This document shows positions 22,385-32,637 of a DNA stretch of 34,173 nt, piece by piece. A program made the position numbers and the translations under genes. The stretch lies in contig BAAIJX010000108.1 in assembly GCA_054600435.1 (NCBI GenBank), positions 1 to 34,173 on the forward strand, in the 5' to 3' direction. The stretch comes from Neophaeotheca triangularis. Taxonomy: Eukaryota. The notes beneath the pieces were generated by a model, which was given only the letters and a program-made list of their open reading frames with translations, searched no databases and was not told where the DNA came from. Positions within the stretch are counted from its first letter, which is position 1; each line of letters begins with the position of its first letter.

Positions 22385-23182
22385 CGCTCTTGAGAATCGT
22401 CGAGCTGGGGTCAGTACTTGATTTGGTGGTTTGGAGCGTGTGACTGGCCATGGCTGTGGGCGTTTTCTTTGTCACGACTGTGTACTGAAATGACGGGATT
22501 TACCGGTCTGTTTCTAAAGCGGTTTCGCAATGGAGCTGGTTCGGTGATGGATTTGGCGGTGGAGGCCCCCGTTTCGCCGATTTTTCGCTAATACCGAATG
22601 CGATTGCAAGGAGGTACGGATTTCCGTCGCGAGGGACTTGCTGGTGCTGGGAGGCTGATCGAGCATGTTGGGAGGGGGTTTCCTCGCCGTGAATGCATTG
22701 GTCACTGTACTTACTCACTGTACATATAATTGCAGGTGGTGTACATACACTACGTACTAGGATTTGCCGTACTTGGTGTACTCAGCGTACATAGGTGTAG
22801 TTGCACATGGTGGACACACACTACCCATGAAGCTAAATCCTAAACCAAGTCGAATGAAAAGCTGCTTCGTTACGGAGTTTGGATTTGAAATTTTGACAAC
22901 AGGTTTTGTCTTGATATCCAAGACAGCGAGGACAAGAATGGGAGTTGAGTGTGTTCAGCCAGCTATCTTACCAAGGCGAATTGTTCACTCTGAGCGATCA
23001 AGGAGTAAAAGGAGATGGTATGGACAGTGATTGTAGCTTGGACAAGGGGCTCGTTGGGTTGGCAGAGTCTTTCATGCTTAAGTATACTAATCTTAGCCAT
23101 GTGGGTACGTCCAGGTAGACCTATGCAGTATCATAGCACATCATCATTGTCTGAGGATGAAGGAAGGTGAAGGTTTGGGCGC

Positions 23183-23259
23183 GAGTCATGCTTGTCTCCT
23201 TCCGATATCGATAGGTAGATACAGCTTGCCCCACATTGAGAAATGTTTGGCGGAGTCAT
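23183..23259. promoter_or_regulatory. Two Gcn4/CpcA-like elements (GAGTCAT = ATGACTC on -) upstream of IleRS
   Basis: GAGTCAT at 23183-23189 and 23253-23259, about 220 and 150 bp before the ATG. Confidence 0.5.
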
Positions 23260-23403
23260 CCCACTTTCGTTTGACATATCGAGCCATTGACCTCGACCAA
23301 CACCATCCACTACCTCCAGCTCAATCGCACAGTGTCTTTCCCAGCACGACATCTGTCCTGAATATCCTTGCAGCTTGAACAGTCTCGCATATACCCGCCC
23401 ATC

Positions 23404-26400
23404 ATGGGCTCAATCTCCTTCCCGGCCGAGGAGGAGCGCGTCCTCGCGCACTGGGACAGCATCAACGCCTTCCAACAACAACTCGCCCTCTCCGCCTCAA
23501 ACCCGCCATACGTCTTCTACGACGGCCCGCCCTTCGCAACAGGGACCCCCCACTATGGCCACCTCCTCGCCTCCACTATCAAAGACATCATCCCGCGCTA
23601 CTGGTCCATGCGCGGCCGCCACGTCGAGCGCCGCTTCGGCTGGGACACCCACGGCGTCCCGATCGAGCAGATCATCGACAAGCAGCTGCAGGAGGAGCTC
23701 GGGGTGCGGGGCTCCGCTGCTGTAGAGAAGATCGGTATCGCCGAGTACAACCGGCGGTGTCGGGAAGTGGTGCTCACGTACGCGGGCGAGTGGAGGCGGG
23801 TGATCGGGCGGTTGGGGCGGTGGATCGATTTCGATCGCGATTACAAAACCATGGATGCTGGCTTCATGGAGACGTGTTGGTGGGTTTTTGCCCAACTTTA
23901 TCGCAAGGGCTTGGTGTATCATGGCGCGAGGGTTTTGCCGTACTCGACCGCGCTGAATACGCCGTTGAGTAAGAGTGAGGCGCAGGAGGATTATAGGGAT
24001 GTGCAGGATCCGGCTATTACGGTTGCTTTCCCGCTTTTGGGTGAGTCAGAGCAGGTGGAGGGGCCCAAAGGTGTGGTGAGGGTTTTGGCGGAGAAGGCCG
24101 AGGGGAAAGAGGTGTGTTTTGTGGCCTGGACGACTACACCCTGGACGCTGCCGAGCAATGTTGCGCTTTGCGCACATCCGGAGTATGAGTATTTGCTTGT
24201 GCATGATACGGAGACGGATAAGAGGTTTGTGATGTTGGAGGCTGGGTTGAAGGTGCTGTACAAGGACCCGAAGAAGGCGAAATACACCGTTCTGCACAAG
24301 CTGAAGGGAGCGGAGTTGGCGGGTGTCCAGTACAAGCCGCTGTTCCCGTACTTTGAAAAAGAGTTCAAGGGCATTGGGTACAAGATTCTGCTCGATACCT
24401 ACGTCAAGCAGGATGAAGGTGTGGGAATTGTTCATCAGTCTCCGGCTTTTGGTGAGGACGATTATGCCATCAGCTGGCGTGAGGGTGTTATCAATGGGGA
24501 ACGGCCCCCTCCCAATCCGTTGAATGCTGGTGGCGAGTACACGAACGAAGTCCCGGATTTCGAGGGCCAGCACGTCAAGGCCGCCGACAAGAACATCATC
24601 AAGCATATCGAGGGGTTGGGCCGAATGGTTAGGAAGAGTCAACTTACGCATAGATACCCGTTCTGCCCGCGAAGCAAGACGCCTTTGATTCAACGCGCTG
24701 TGCCGAGTTGGTTCATCAAAGTCGAGAGCATAGTGCCGCAGCTGCTCGAGAACCTAGAGAAGACGCACTGGGTGCCGGAGACTGTCAAGACCGGCCGTTT
24801 CCACAACTGGCTGGCGGCCGCAAAGGACTGGAACGTCAGCAGGAACCGTTACTGGGGTACGCCCTTGCCGCTGTGGGCGAGCGAGGACATGAAAGAGGTG
24901 ATCTGCGTATCTTCTGTGGCGGAGCTGAAGAGGCTCTCAGGGTACGAAGGCGAGATCAAAGACCTTCACCGTGACAACGTTGACAAGATTACGATCCCTT
25001 CGCAACAAGGAAAGGGCCAGCTCAAGAGAGTGGAAGAGGTCTTTGACTGCTGGTTCGAGTCTGGCTCGATGCCGTACGCTTCCTCGCACTACCCCTTTGA
25101 GTCGCCCGATTTTGATGCTTCAAACCCAGAGTCTGGGGGGTCTCGTACCGAAGGACCGGGTAAGGAGCTCTTCTCCAAATACCCAGGTGATTTCATTGCC
25201 GAGGGTCTCGATCAAACGCGTGGATGGTTCTACACTCTGAGTGTGCTTGGTACACACCTCTTCCAGACTTTCCCCTACAAGAACTGCGTCGTCAACGGCA
25301 TCGTGCTTGCAGAGGATGGAAAGAAAATGTCCAAGTCAGCAAAGAACTTTCCCGACCCCATGATCATCATGGAGAAGTACGGGTCCGATGCACTGCGGTT
25401 GTATCTCATTGACTCGCCGGTCGTTCGCGGAGAGCCGTTGCGTTTCTCTGAACAGGGCGTTAAGCAGATCGTCTCCGGCGTGTTGCTGCCACTCTGGAAC
25501 AGCTACAACTTCTTCGCGCAACAGGCGGCCCTTTACAAGAAGAACACTGGCAAAGACTTCACCTTCGAGCCCGAAATGCAAAAGACTAATGAAAATGTCA
25601 TGGACCGCTGGATCTTGGCGAGCACGCAAAGTCTGCTCGAGTACGTCAACAAAGAGATGGAAGCTTACAGACTCTACACCGTCGTCCCGCGCCTGCTTAA
25701 AATGGTAGACGACACTACGAACTGGTACATCCGCTTCAACCGCAACCGCCTAAAGGGCCAAGCGGGCGGCAAGCCGTCAAACTCAACCCAAACCAACGGC
25801 GCCGCCGACGATGAAACCACCGACACTCTCCACGCCCTCAATACCCTCTACGAAGTCCTTTACACCCTCGTCCGTGCACTGGGACCTTTCATCCCCTTCC
25901 TCAGCGATAACATCTTCCAACGCCTAACCCCGCATCTCGCCACCTCAACCACCGCCAACTCCGACCTTCGCTCCGTCCACTTCACCCCCTTCCCCACAGT
26001 GCGTACCGAACTCTACGACCCCACCGTCGAGCGCCGCGTCTCGCGAATGCAAAAAGTCATCGAGCTTGGCCGTCTAGCGCGCGAGCGCCGCACCGTGCCG
26101 CTCAAAACCCCACTCAAGACTCTCGTCGTGCTCCATCAAGACCCGCAATTCCTGGAAGACGTGCGCACCCTCTCCGGCTACGTCACCGAAGAGCTGAACC
26201 TGCGCGACCTCGTCCTCAGCAGCGACGAAAACAAATACGGCGTCGAGTACACCGTTGCAGCGGATGTCAAGAATCTCGGAGTCAAGTTTAAGAAGGATGC
26301 GGCCAAAATCCGCAAAGCGCTGCCGTCACTTTCGCCCGAGCAGATTGCCCATTTCCTCGAAACCGGCTCCATCGACGTAGAGGGCCACACGCTGCAATCC

Positions 26401-26847
26401 GAGGACTTGCGCGTGCGTCGCGGTCTCTCCGAGACTCAGGCCAAGAAATCCCCTGAGCTGGAGGTCGCTGTCGAGGAGCAGGTCATGGTGCTCTTGGATT
26501 CCTTCGCTTACCCTGAACTTGCGCAAGAGGGTCTGGCTCGCGAAGTGCTCAACCGGGTTCAGAGACTACGTAAACGCGCCGGCTTGGTTCCCACGGATGA
26601 TGTCAAGCTCGGATACAGGGTTTTGGCTCCCCTTTCTGAAGCCGCCGAGGGCGAGAAGGCGGCGAATGCTGAGGTGAGTAGGTTGGAGGGCGAGAGGACG
26701 GTGGAGAGCATGTTTGAGACTCAGAAGGGGGCTTTTGCCAAGGCTGCGCAAGGGGGTGTGGTTGTTGGGGGAGAGGGAACGGTTGTGGATGAGGAGGAGG
26801 TTGAGGTCAGGGACCTGAGGTTGTTGTTGAGGTTGTTGAGGGTTTAG
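23404..26847 (+). CDS. ILS1: Isoleucine--tRNA ligase, cytosolic (eukaryotic type), about 1147 aa, intronless
   Basis: ATG at 23404 (MGSISFPAEEE). DGPPFATGTPHYGH (HIGH), RRFGWDTHG, WTTTPWTLPSN (editing domain), DWNVSRNRYWGTP, FDCWFESGSMP, FIAEGLDQTRGWF and KMSKS. Confidence 0.97.
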   Translation: MGSISFPAEEERVLAHWDSINAFQQQLALSASNPPYVFYDGPPFATGTPHYGHLLASTIKDIIPRYWSMRGRHVERRFGWDTHGVPIEQIIDKQLQEELGVRGSAAVEKIGIAEYNRRCREVVLTYAGEWRRVIGRLGRWIDFDRDYKTMDAGFMETCWWVFAQLYRKGLVYHGARVLPYSTALNTPLSKSEAQEDYRDVQDPAITVAFPLLGESEQVEGPKGVVRVLAEKAEGKEVCFVAWTTTPWTLPSNVALCAHPEYEYLLVHDTETDKRFVMLEAGLKVLYKDPKKAKYTVLHKLKGAELAGVQYKPLFPYFEKEFKGIGYKILLDTYVKQDEGVGIVHQSPAFGEDDYAISWREGVINGERPPPNPLNAGGEYTNEVPDFEGQHVKAADKNIIKHIEGLGRMVRKSQLTHRYPFCPRSKTPLIQRAVPSWFIKVESIVPQLLENLEKTHWVPETVKTGRFHNWLAAAKDWNVSRNRYWGTPLPLWASEDMKEVICVSSVAELKRLSGYEGEIKDLHRDNVDKITIPSQQGKGQLKRVEEVFDCWFESGSMPYASSHYPFESPDFDASNPESGGSRTEGPGKELFSKYPGDFIAEGLDQTRGWFYTLSVLGTHLFQTFPYKNCVVNGIVLAEDGKKMSKSAKNFPDPMIIMEKYGSDALRLYLIDSPVVRGEPLRFSEQGVKQIVSGVLLPLWNSYNFFAQQAALYKKNTGKDFTFEPEMQKTNENVMDRWILASTQSLLEYVNKEMEAYRLYTVVPRLLKMVDDTTNWYIRFNRNRLKGQAGGKPSNSTQTNGAADDETTDTLHALNTLYEVLYTLVRALGPFIPFLSDNIFQRLTPHLATSTTANSDLRSVHFTPFPTVRTELYDPTVERRVSRMQKVIELGRLARERRTVPLKTPLKTLVVLHQDPQFLEDVRTLSGYVTEELNLRDLVLSSDENKYGVEYTVAADVKNLGVKFKKDAAKIRKALPSLSPEQIAHFLETGSIDVEGHTLQSEDLRVRRGLSETQAKKSPELEVAVEEQVMVLLDSFAYPELAQEGLAREVLNRVQRLRKRAGLVPTDDVKLGYRVLAPLSEAAEGEKAANAEVSRLEGERTVESMFETQKGAFAKAAQGGVVVGGEGTVVDEEEVEVRDLRLLLRLLRV

Positions 26848-27384
26848 GTGGGGATTCGATGGTCATGTTGACTTCAGCTGTGGAGATGGTGAATTATGAA
26901 AGAATTCCAAGGTATCGAGAAAATTGACTGCTCGTGTTAGCAGTTCGTGGCTAGATGCAAGTAAAACAGTGAGGATAGAACAGCATCTTGCAGTATATTC
27001 TCTGTCACCCGTTTTGAGTTTACTGACTTAAAGCTTGTTCTCTTCAGCCCCTGAAGAGATAAGATAAGATGGGTGTGTTTAGATCAGGGTTCCGCACTCC
27101 GCCGGATGGCTGCAGCCGAGAGGGACGGGTGACGGCTTCCCTGTCAACAAACCCAAGACACGCCGCTCTAACTGCCTCACACTTACTGAAACACCTCGTA
27201 CATACACTCCTTGCCTGCGCGTTTTCTGTTAGTCCCGCCAGCTGTCTTCTCTTTCGCTAAGTAACACTGATATCGAAATACCCTCCACACTGGCTCTCAT
27301 CCACTTCCAGCAGTACATAGCATTAAGGGACTTCCTCGAACCGAATAGGGGGCAACCCCCACCACCACCACCGCCGCCGCAAAC

Positions 27385-30210
27385 ATGTCCTCAAACACAA
27401 TCAAAGTGGTCGCCCGCTTCCGACCGCAAAACAAAACCGAACTCGCGGCCGGCAGCAGCAAAATCGTCGACTTCGAAAGCGAAGACACCTGCAACATCAA
27501 CAGCAAAGAATCCAGCGGCTCCTTCACATTCGACCGCGTCTTCCCCACCAACACCGCTCAACACGATGTCTTCGACTACTCGATCCGATCGACCGTCGAC
27601 GACGTTCTGGCCGGCTACAACGGCACCGTCTTCGCTTACGGCCAAACGGGCAGTGGAAAGACGTACACGATGATGGGAGCGGACATTGCGGACCGCGAAA
27701 ACAAGGGAATCATCCCGCGCATTGTTGAGCAGATTTTCGACTCCATTATGCAGACCGATCAAACGATAGAGTTTACCGTCAAGGTCTCGTACATGGAGAT
27801 TTACATGGAGAAGATTCGCGATTTGCTGGTGCCGCAGAATGATAATTTGCCGATTCATGAGGAAAAGGGCAAAGGGGTCTATGTCAAGGGTTTGGGGGAG
27901 TTTTATGCCGGGGGTGTGGGTGATGTTTATCAGTTGCTCGAGAGGGGTGGGGCGGCTAGGGCCGTGGCTGCGACGAATATGAATCAGGAGTCGAGCAGGT
28001 CGCATTCGATTTTTTGCATCGAGGTTGCGCAGAAGAATGTTGATACCGGGAGTGCGAGGTCGGGGAGGTTGTTTTTGGTGGATTTGGCCGGTTCGGAGAA
28101 GGTTGGCAAGACGGGTGCAAGTGGGCAGACGCTGGAGGAGGCCAAGAAGATTAACAAGTCGCTTTCGGCGTTGGGCATGGTTATCAATGCTTTGTCGGAT
28201 GGCAAGAGCAGCCATATCCCTTATAGGGATAGTAAGCTCACCAGGATATTGCAGGAGTCGTTGGGAGGGAACAGTCGGACGACGCTGATTATTAATTGCT
28301 CGCCCAGCAGTTATAACGATGCGGAGACGGTCAGTACGCTGCGATTCGGTGAGCGGGCGAAGACGATCAAGCAAAAGGCCAAGATCAACGAGGAACTTTC
28401 ACCGGCGCAGCTCAAAGCATTGCTCAGGAAGGCGCAAGGGCAGATTTCCACCTTCGAAACATATGTGTCTTCGTTGGAGGGTGAAGTTGGGACATGGCGT
28501 AAAGGCGAGAATGTACCGAAAGAGCAATGGACGCCCGCGATGAAGGATGTTGGCAGTGGGACGAAGGCGCCTCCTCGACCAAGCACACCTGCTAGACTGC
28601 GGTCAGGAGCGGAGACACCGGGCACGCCGCGACCGGATAGCAGGATGGATCTTGAGCGTTCGGGCACACCTACCATCACTATGGACAAGGACGAGAGGGA
28701 AGAGTTTTTGCGCCGGGAGAATGAGCTGCAGGATCAGCTAGCCGAAAAGGAGAGCAGTCTGAGCGGCGCCGAGCAGGCTTTGGCCACCGCACGTAACGAG
28801 TTGAAAGAATTACGAGAAGCCCACGCCAATACGAACAGGAGCAATGAGAAATTGCAAGGCGAGACGGAGCAATTGAAGATGCAAGTCGAGAAGATAGAAT
28901 TCGAGACGAAAGAGGCGGCTATCACTATGGACTCGCTTAAGGAAGCCAACGGGGAGCTTACCGCCGAATTAGACGATGTCAAGCACCAACTGCTCGACGC
29001 CAAGATGTCGGCCAAAGAGTCTGCCGAAGTACTGGGGGAGAAGGAGAGGCTGAAGAAGGAACGCATGGCGCAGATGATGGCGGGCTTTGATCTAGGCGAT
29101 GGTATGATGTCGAGCAATGAGCTGCACGTACGGGAGATGATCAGCCACGTCGACAGCCTGCTCGAAGTCGCCGACTCTGGCGACTCAGTATCGACCGACG
29201 ACCTCCACAGCCTCAAAGAACGACTGCTCGAAACGCAAGGCCTAATGCGGCAAGCCGAGTTTGGCAACCGCAAGGAGACAAACGGCACCGACAACGACTC
29301 GGACAGCCTCCCCGAAACCGCCGACCTTCCCGCCGCCCTAAGCCGGCAACGCGAAGACAACGCCCGCCTGCGCGCCGATCTCGAAAACCTCCGCAACAAC
29401 TCCAACGCCACCGCCAACGGCTCACAGCAACAACAGCAAAAAGCGCTGACGGACTTTGACAGCATCAAGAAGTCTTTAATGCGCGACCTGCAGAACCGCT
29501 GCGAACGCGTCGTCGAGCTGGAGATAAGCCTCGACAGCACCCGTGAGCAGTACAATTCCATCTTGCGGTCCAACAATTCCAAACAACAGCAGAAAAAGCT
29601 GGCGTTTTTGGAGCGCAATCTGGAGCAGTTGACTCTCGTGCAGAGGCAGCTTGTTGAGCAGAATGCTGGACTGAAGAAGGAGGTCGCCATTGCGGAACGC
29701 AAGCTCGTGGCGCGCGGGGAGAGGATTAGGGGGTTGGAGGCGCTGGTGGGTGAAAGCCAGGAGAAGCTTATGGTGGCCAATAGCAAGTATGTTGTTTCCC
29801 CAGTTCCCTCATTCATCAAACTCTGGTCGTGAGTTTTGAAAGTGCTGACTTTTCTCCTTCTGCGCAGATTCGAATCCCAACTCCTCGCCGTCAAAGAAAG
29901 ACTCGAGGCGGCCAAAGTCGGTTCCACTCGCGGACTCGCTTCGAGCTCTGCCAGCCATGGCATGATGGCTCCTCCGTCGTCTTCTGCTGGCGGGGCTGGG
30001 GGAAACCCTTTCGGCAGGATCGCTAAGCCCTTGCGTGGTGGGGGTGCGGATCATGGTGCTGCTGGCGGTGGCAGTGGGATCCTTGGGGGTGGTGGTGGGT
30101 TCGCTGGGTTTCAAGTTTCGGGCCAGCAGTCGGTTGGGAGTGAAGGGGGGAGTGGGAATGGGAGTGGAGGTGGGAAGAGGGGTAGTTGGTTTTTCAACCA
30201 AAGGACTTGA
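27385..30210 (+). CDS. kinA: Kinesin-1 (conventional kinesin heavy chain), about 914 aa
   Basis: Exons 27385-29786 and 29868-30210; intron 29787-29867 (GTATGT..CTGAC..CAG) joins ANSK|FESQLLAVKERL. Motor motifs VVARFRP, GQTGSGKT, NQESSRSH, LVDLAGSE and HIPYRDSKLTR. Fungal tail LMRDLQNRCERVVELE, autoinhibitory RIAKPLRGGG, terminal KRGSWFF. Confidence 0.97.
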
Positions 30211-30659
30211 GGGTCCCTCTTCTTTCCATGGGAGGACGGAAAGGAAGAGGTGGGAAGGTGTGGGTGTATATGCTTCGTTCGTGTGAATACATGGTCTATG
30301 CCCGGGCCCGAACTGCCCTCTGGCTCCAGATCTCGATAACACGCCCTTTGATGTTGTAATCGTTTGGAAAGTCTACAATCATCCTGCAGTAGGTTGGCAA
30401 CAGGGGCCAAGGGGAGAGGGAGTAAAGCGTTGAGGTTCTTCAAATGTTCTTTCTTGAACAGAGAGCCCCTCGTTGATCTGGTAAGGTAAAGTGGTATTTA
30501 AATTCCCTCCCGTATTCGCCATGTAAGCGTACTGCAATCGTGCGCTCGTAAAAAAATCGTAATCTATGCCCGAAGCCAGCCAAAGCTGCCCTTCCCCGAA
30601 CCCTCAAAATCTCAGGAAAGACGCCTCGATGCAACTCGCAACCTCGCGATCTCGCAATC

Positions 30660-31979
30660 TCACGCTCCCATCCGCCTCCCCCGCCCATGCCCCATTGCCA
30701 CCGCTCCAAACTCGTCCCCTGCCTTACACCCGCAAGCCCCACAGCCTCCACGCACCCCTTCCACCCCGACGATCTCACTGCCACTTCCACCTTCCCTTTC
30801 ACTCCAACCCCCACCCATCACATCCACACCCACACCCCCATCCGCCCCGCAACCCCAAACCCCTCTAGCGCGTCCAACCCTTCCCCCGCAATCCCCTGCC
30901 TCAAAACCCCCCACCCCCTCATTCAACCCCTCAACCACTCCCCCAACAATCCCTCTCAACACCCCGCCCAGAACCTCCCCCAATCCCTCACCTACCCCAC
31001 CCTCCCCTATTGCCCCCAGTAAAAACCCCCAAACCTGTACCAACCGCTTCAACCCCGCCTCCAGCAGCCCCGACGCTAGCGTGATAAGCCGAGAGGTCAA
31101 GTTGTGTTTGCGGTTGTAAGATTGGGCCGTCTGGAGGGCTAGGGTGAGGTAGGGGAGGAGGGTCGTCAGGGTTATGGAGAGGAGGGAGAGGATGTGCAGG
31201 GTTAGGTGGGCGGTTGTGCGGTGCAGGAGGGAGCGGGGATGGGTGTGGGAGGTGGGGGGTGGATGGTGCGGGAGAGGGGTGGGGGCGAGGGCGGAGGGAG
31301 GAAGGGGAGGGGAGGGCGGAGGAGGTGGCTGTAGGGCTGAGGGTAGGGACGCTTGCAGTCGGTGTTTCTCTTCGGGGTTTAGGGAGGGCGGTAGGCCGTG
31401 TAGTAGGTAGACTAGACTGTCGATGTAGAGCTGGCGGACGAAGGGTTGGTGGTGTTCGATGCAAGCGGTGGTGAGGTTTAGATCCTCGTCTAGTAGGGCT
31501 TGTGAGAGCAGGGTTCGGCCTAGGCGGGCGTACTTCCATTGCACGAATTCGTTGCTGGCTTGTTCCAGATTAAAGGGGGTTGAAGTGCCGCTTGTGGAGG
31601 GGCGGCTGGAGGCTGCCGAGGTGAAGTGTTCGTCCCCTTCGTCTTCGTCGTCGTCGGAGGAGGAGGGTCGTGGTGATTGAGCGGTTGTGGCGCGGTAGGA
31701 AGGTGGTGGTGTGATGCTGCCTAGACTTGAGTCGCTGAGGTGGCGGGTGTGTGTGTAGCCGGAGGGTTTGCCATATTGGCTTGCTGTGTGGCGAAGAGAT
31801 GGAATTCGAGGGACGCGGCGTTGGACGAGTTGGGGGAGGTAGGCGTAGAGGAGGGATGGCTTTTCTTGGATGGGTGTAGTCGAGGCCGAGGTGTCCATGG
31901 GTAGGAGCGAGGGGGATGGAGAGTGCAAGAGATCGAGGTTCTCGTCCCTGGTCATGGACATGATGGATGTATGCTGCAT
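30660..31979 (-). CDS. Hypothetical fungal protein (439 aa as read; C-terminus uncertain)
   Basis: Long ORF. VQWKYARLG and RQLYIDSLVYLLHGLPPSLNPEE, SLLHR, LLPY and YNRKH resemble a Pezizomycotina family of unknown function that I recall. Confidence 0.75.
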   Translation of the reverse strand: MQHTSIMSMTRDENLDLLHSPSPSLLPMDTSASTTPIQEKPSLLYAYLPQLVQRRVPRIPSLRHTASQYGKPSGYTHTRHLSDSSLGSITPPPSYRATTAQSPRPSSSDDDEDEGDEHFTSAASSRPSTSGTSTPFNLEQASNEFVQWKYARLGRTLLSQALLDEDLNLTTACIEHHQPFVRQLYIDSLVYLLHGLPPSLNPEEKHRLQASLPSALQPPPPPSPPLPPSALAPTPLPHHPPPTSHTHPRSLLHRTTAHLTLHILSLLSITLTTLLPYLTLALQTAQSYNRKHNLTSRLITLASGLLEAGLKRLVQVWGFLLGAIGEGGVGEGLGEVLGGVLRGIVGGVVEGLNEGVGGFEAGDCGGRVGRARGVWGCGADGGVGVDVMGGGWSEREGGSGSEIVGVEGVRGGCGACGCKAGDEFGAVAMGHGRGRRMGA

Positions 31980-32208
31980 GCCTTTCCAATCCAGCAGAGC
32001 AACAAGATGGAATGTAGAAGAGAAGTAACAGCAAGAAGAGAAAAGTATTGGAAGAGAGTACGAGCAAGCTACCTCGCCAGGAAGTAATCAAAACCCACCA
32101 TTCCGAAGCCTTATCGCCGGCCCTCAATCATGCAAGCAATCGTAAAATAGTAAACGAGGTCGACACATGTCTTCACATGCTGGCTGAGTAGTAGGTACCC
32201 GACAGTAA

Positions 32209-32250
32209 GGTAGAAGGTAAGAGGTGGTAGGTGGGAGGTGGGAGGTGGTA
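32209..32250. repeat. Degenerate 7-bp tandem repeat, 6 units
   Basis: ggtagaa ggtaaga ggtggta ggtggga ggtggga ggtggta. Confidence 0.7.
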
Positions 32251-32637
32251 GTAATTCCCGACCAACCGACGGACCATACAGCGCCGCCGTGTTTGACATG
32301 TGAAAGCTCCTGCGAACAACCGTTGGGACTTGAACTTTACTTTCTGCATGTCGTCTGCGACTAGCAGGGGGTTCTCTATCATTACTCGTAGAGTGTACGC
32401 ATATTGATTGATGCTGGCGGTAAGGTAGTTAATAAGAGGTTTGACTGCACTCCACTCCATCCTTCGCATCTGCTTCCGACGTTGCTCCATCGAACGTCTG
32501 TCTCGCTTATATAAGCGAGGACTACGACATTGTATTCTCTTATCAGACCAGACATTCCTTCTCGACTATCGGTCAATTGGTAAGTATTAGAGGACCTCCA
32601 CACCACCCTTTTCTCTCAAAAGCAAGGCAAGAATGGA

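Noticed and set aside
23368..23403. Non-AUG N-terminal extension of IleRS for mitochondrial targeting
   Set aside because: Only about 14 open codons precede the ATG before an in-frame stop, and the peptide is not presequence-like.
986..26847. A biosynthetic or self-resistance cluster (DAO, MFS, ASST, divergent IleRS)
   Set aside because: No PKS, NRPS, terpene synthase, RiPP precursor or cluster transcription factor is present. The genes carry different candidate regulatory motifs, so I cannot support co-function.
29787..29832. Kinesin ending at 815 aa
   Set aside because: The stop lies in intron 29787-29867; the next exon supplies the conserved IAK tail.
27391..29963. 327-aa and 409-aa - strand ORFs
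   Set aside because: Antisense shadows of kinesin; the Ser/Leu/Phe richness mirrors Glu/Lys/Gln codons of the coiled coil.
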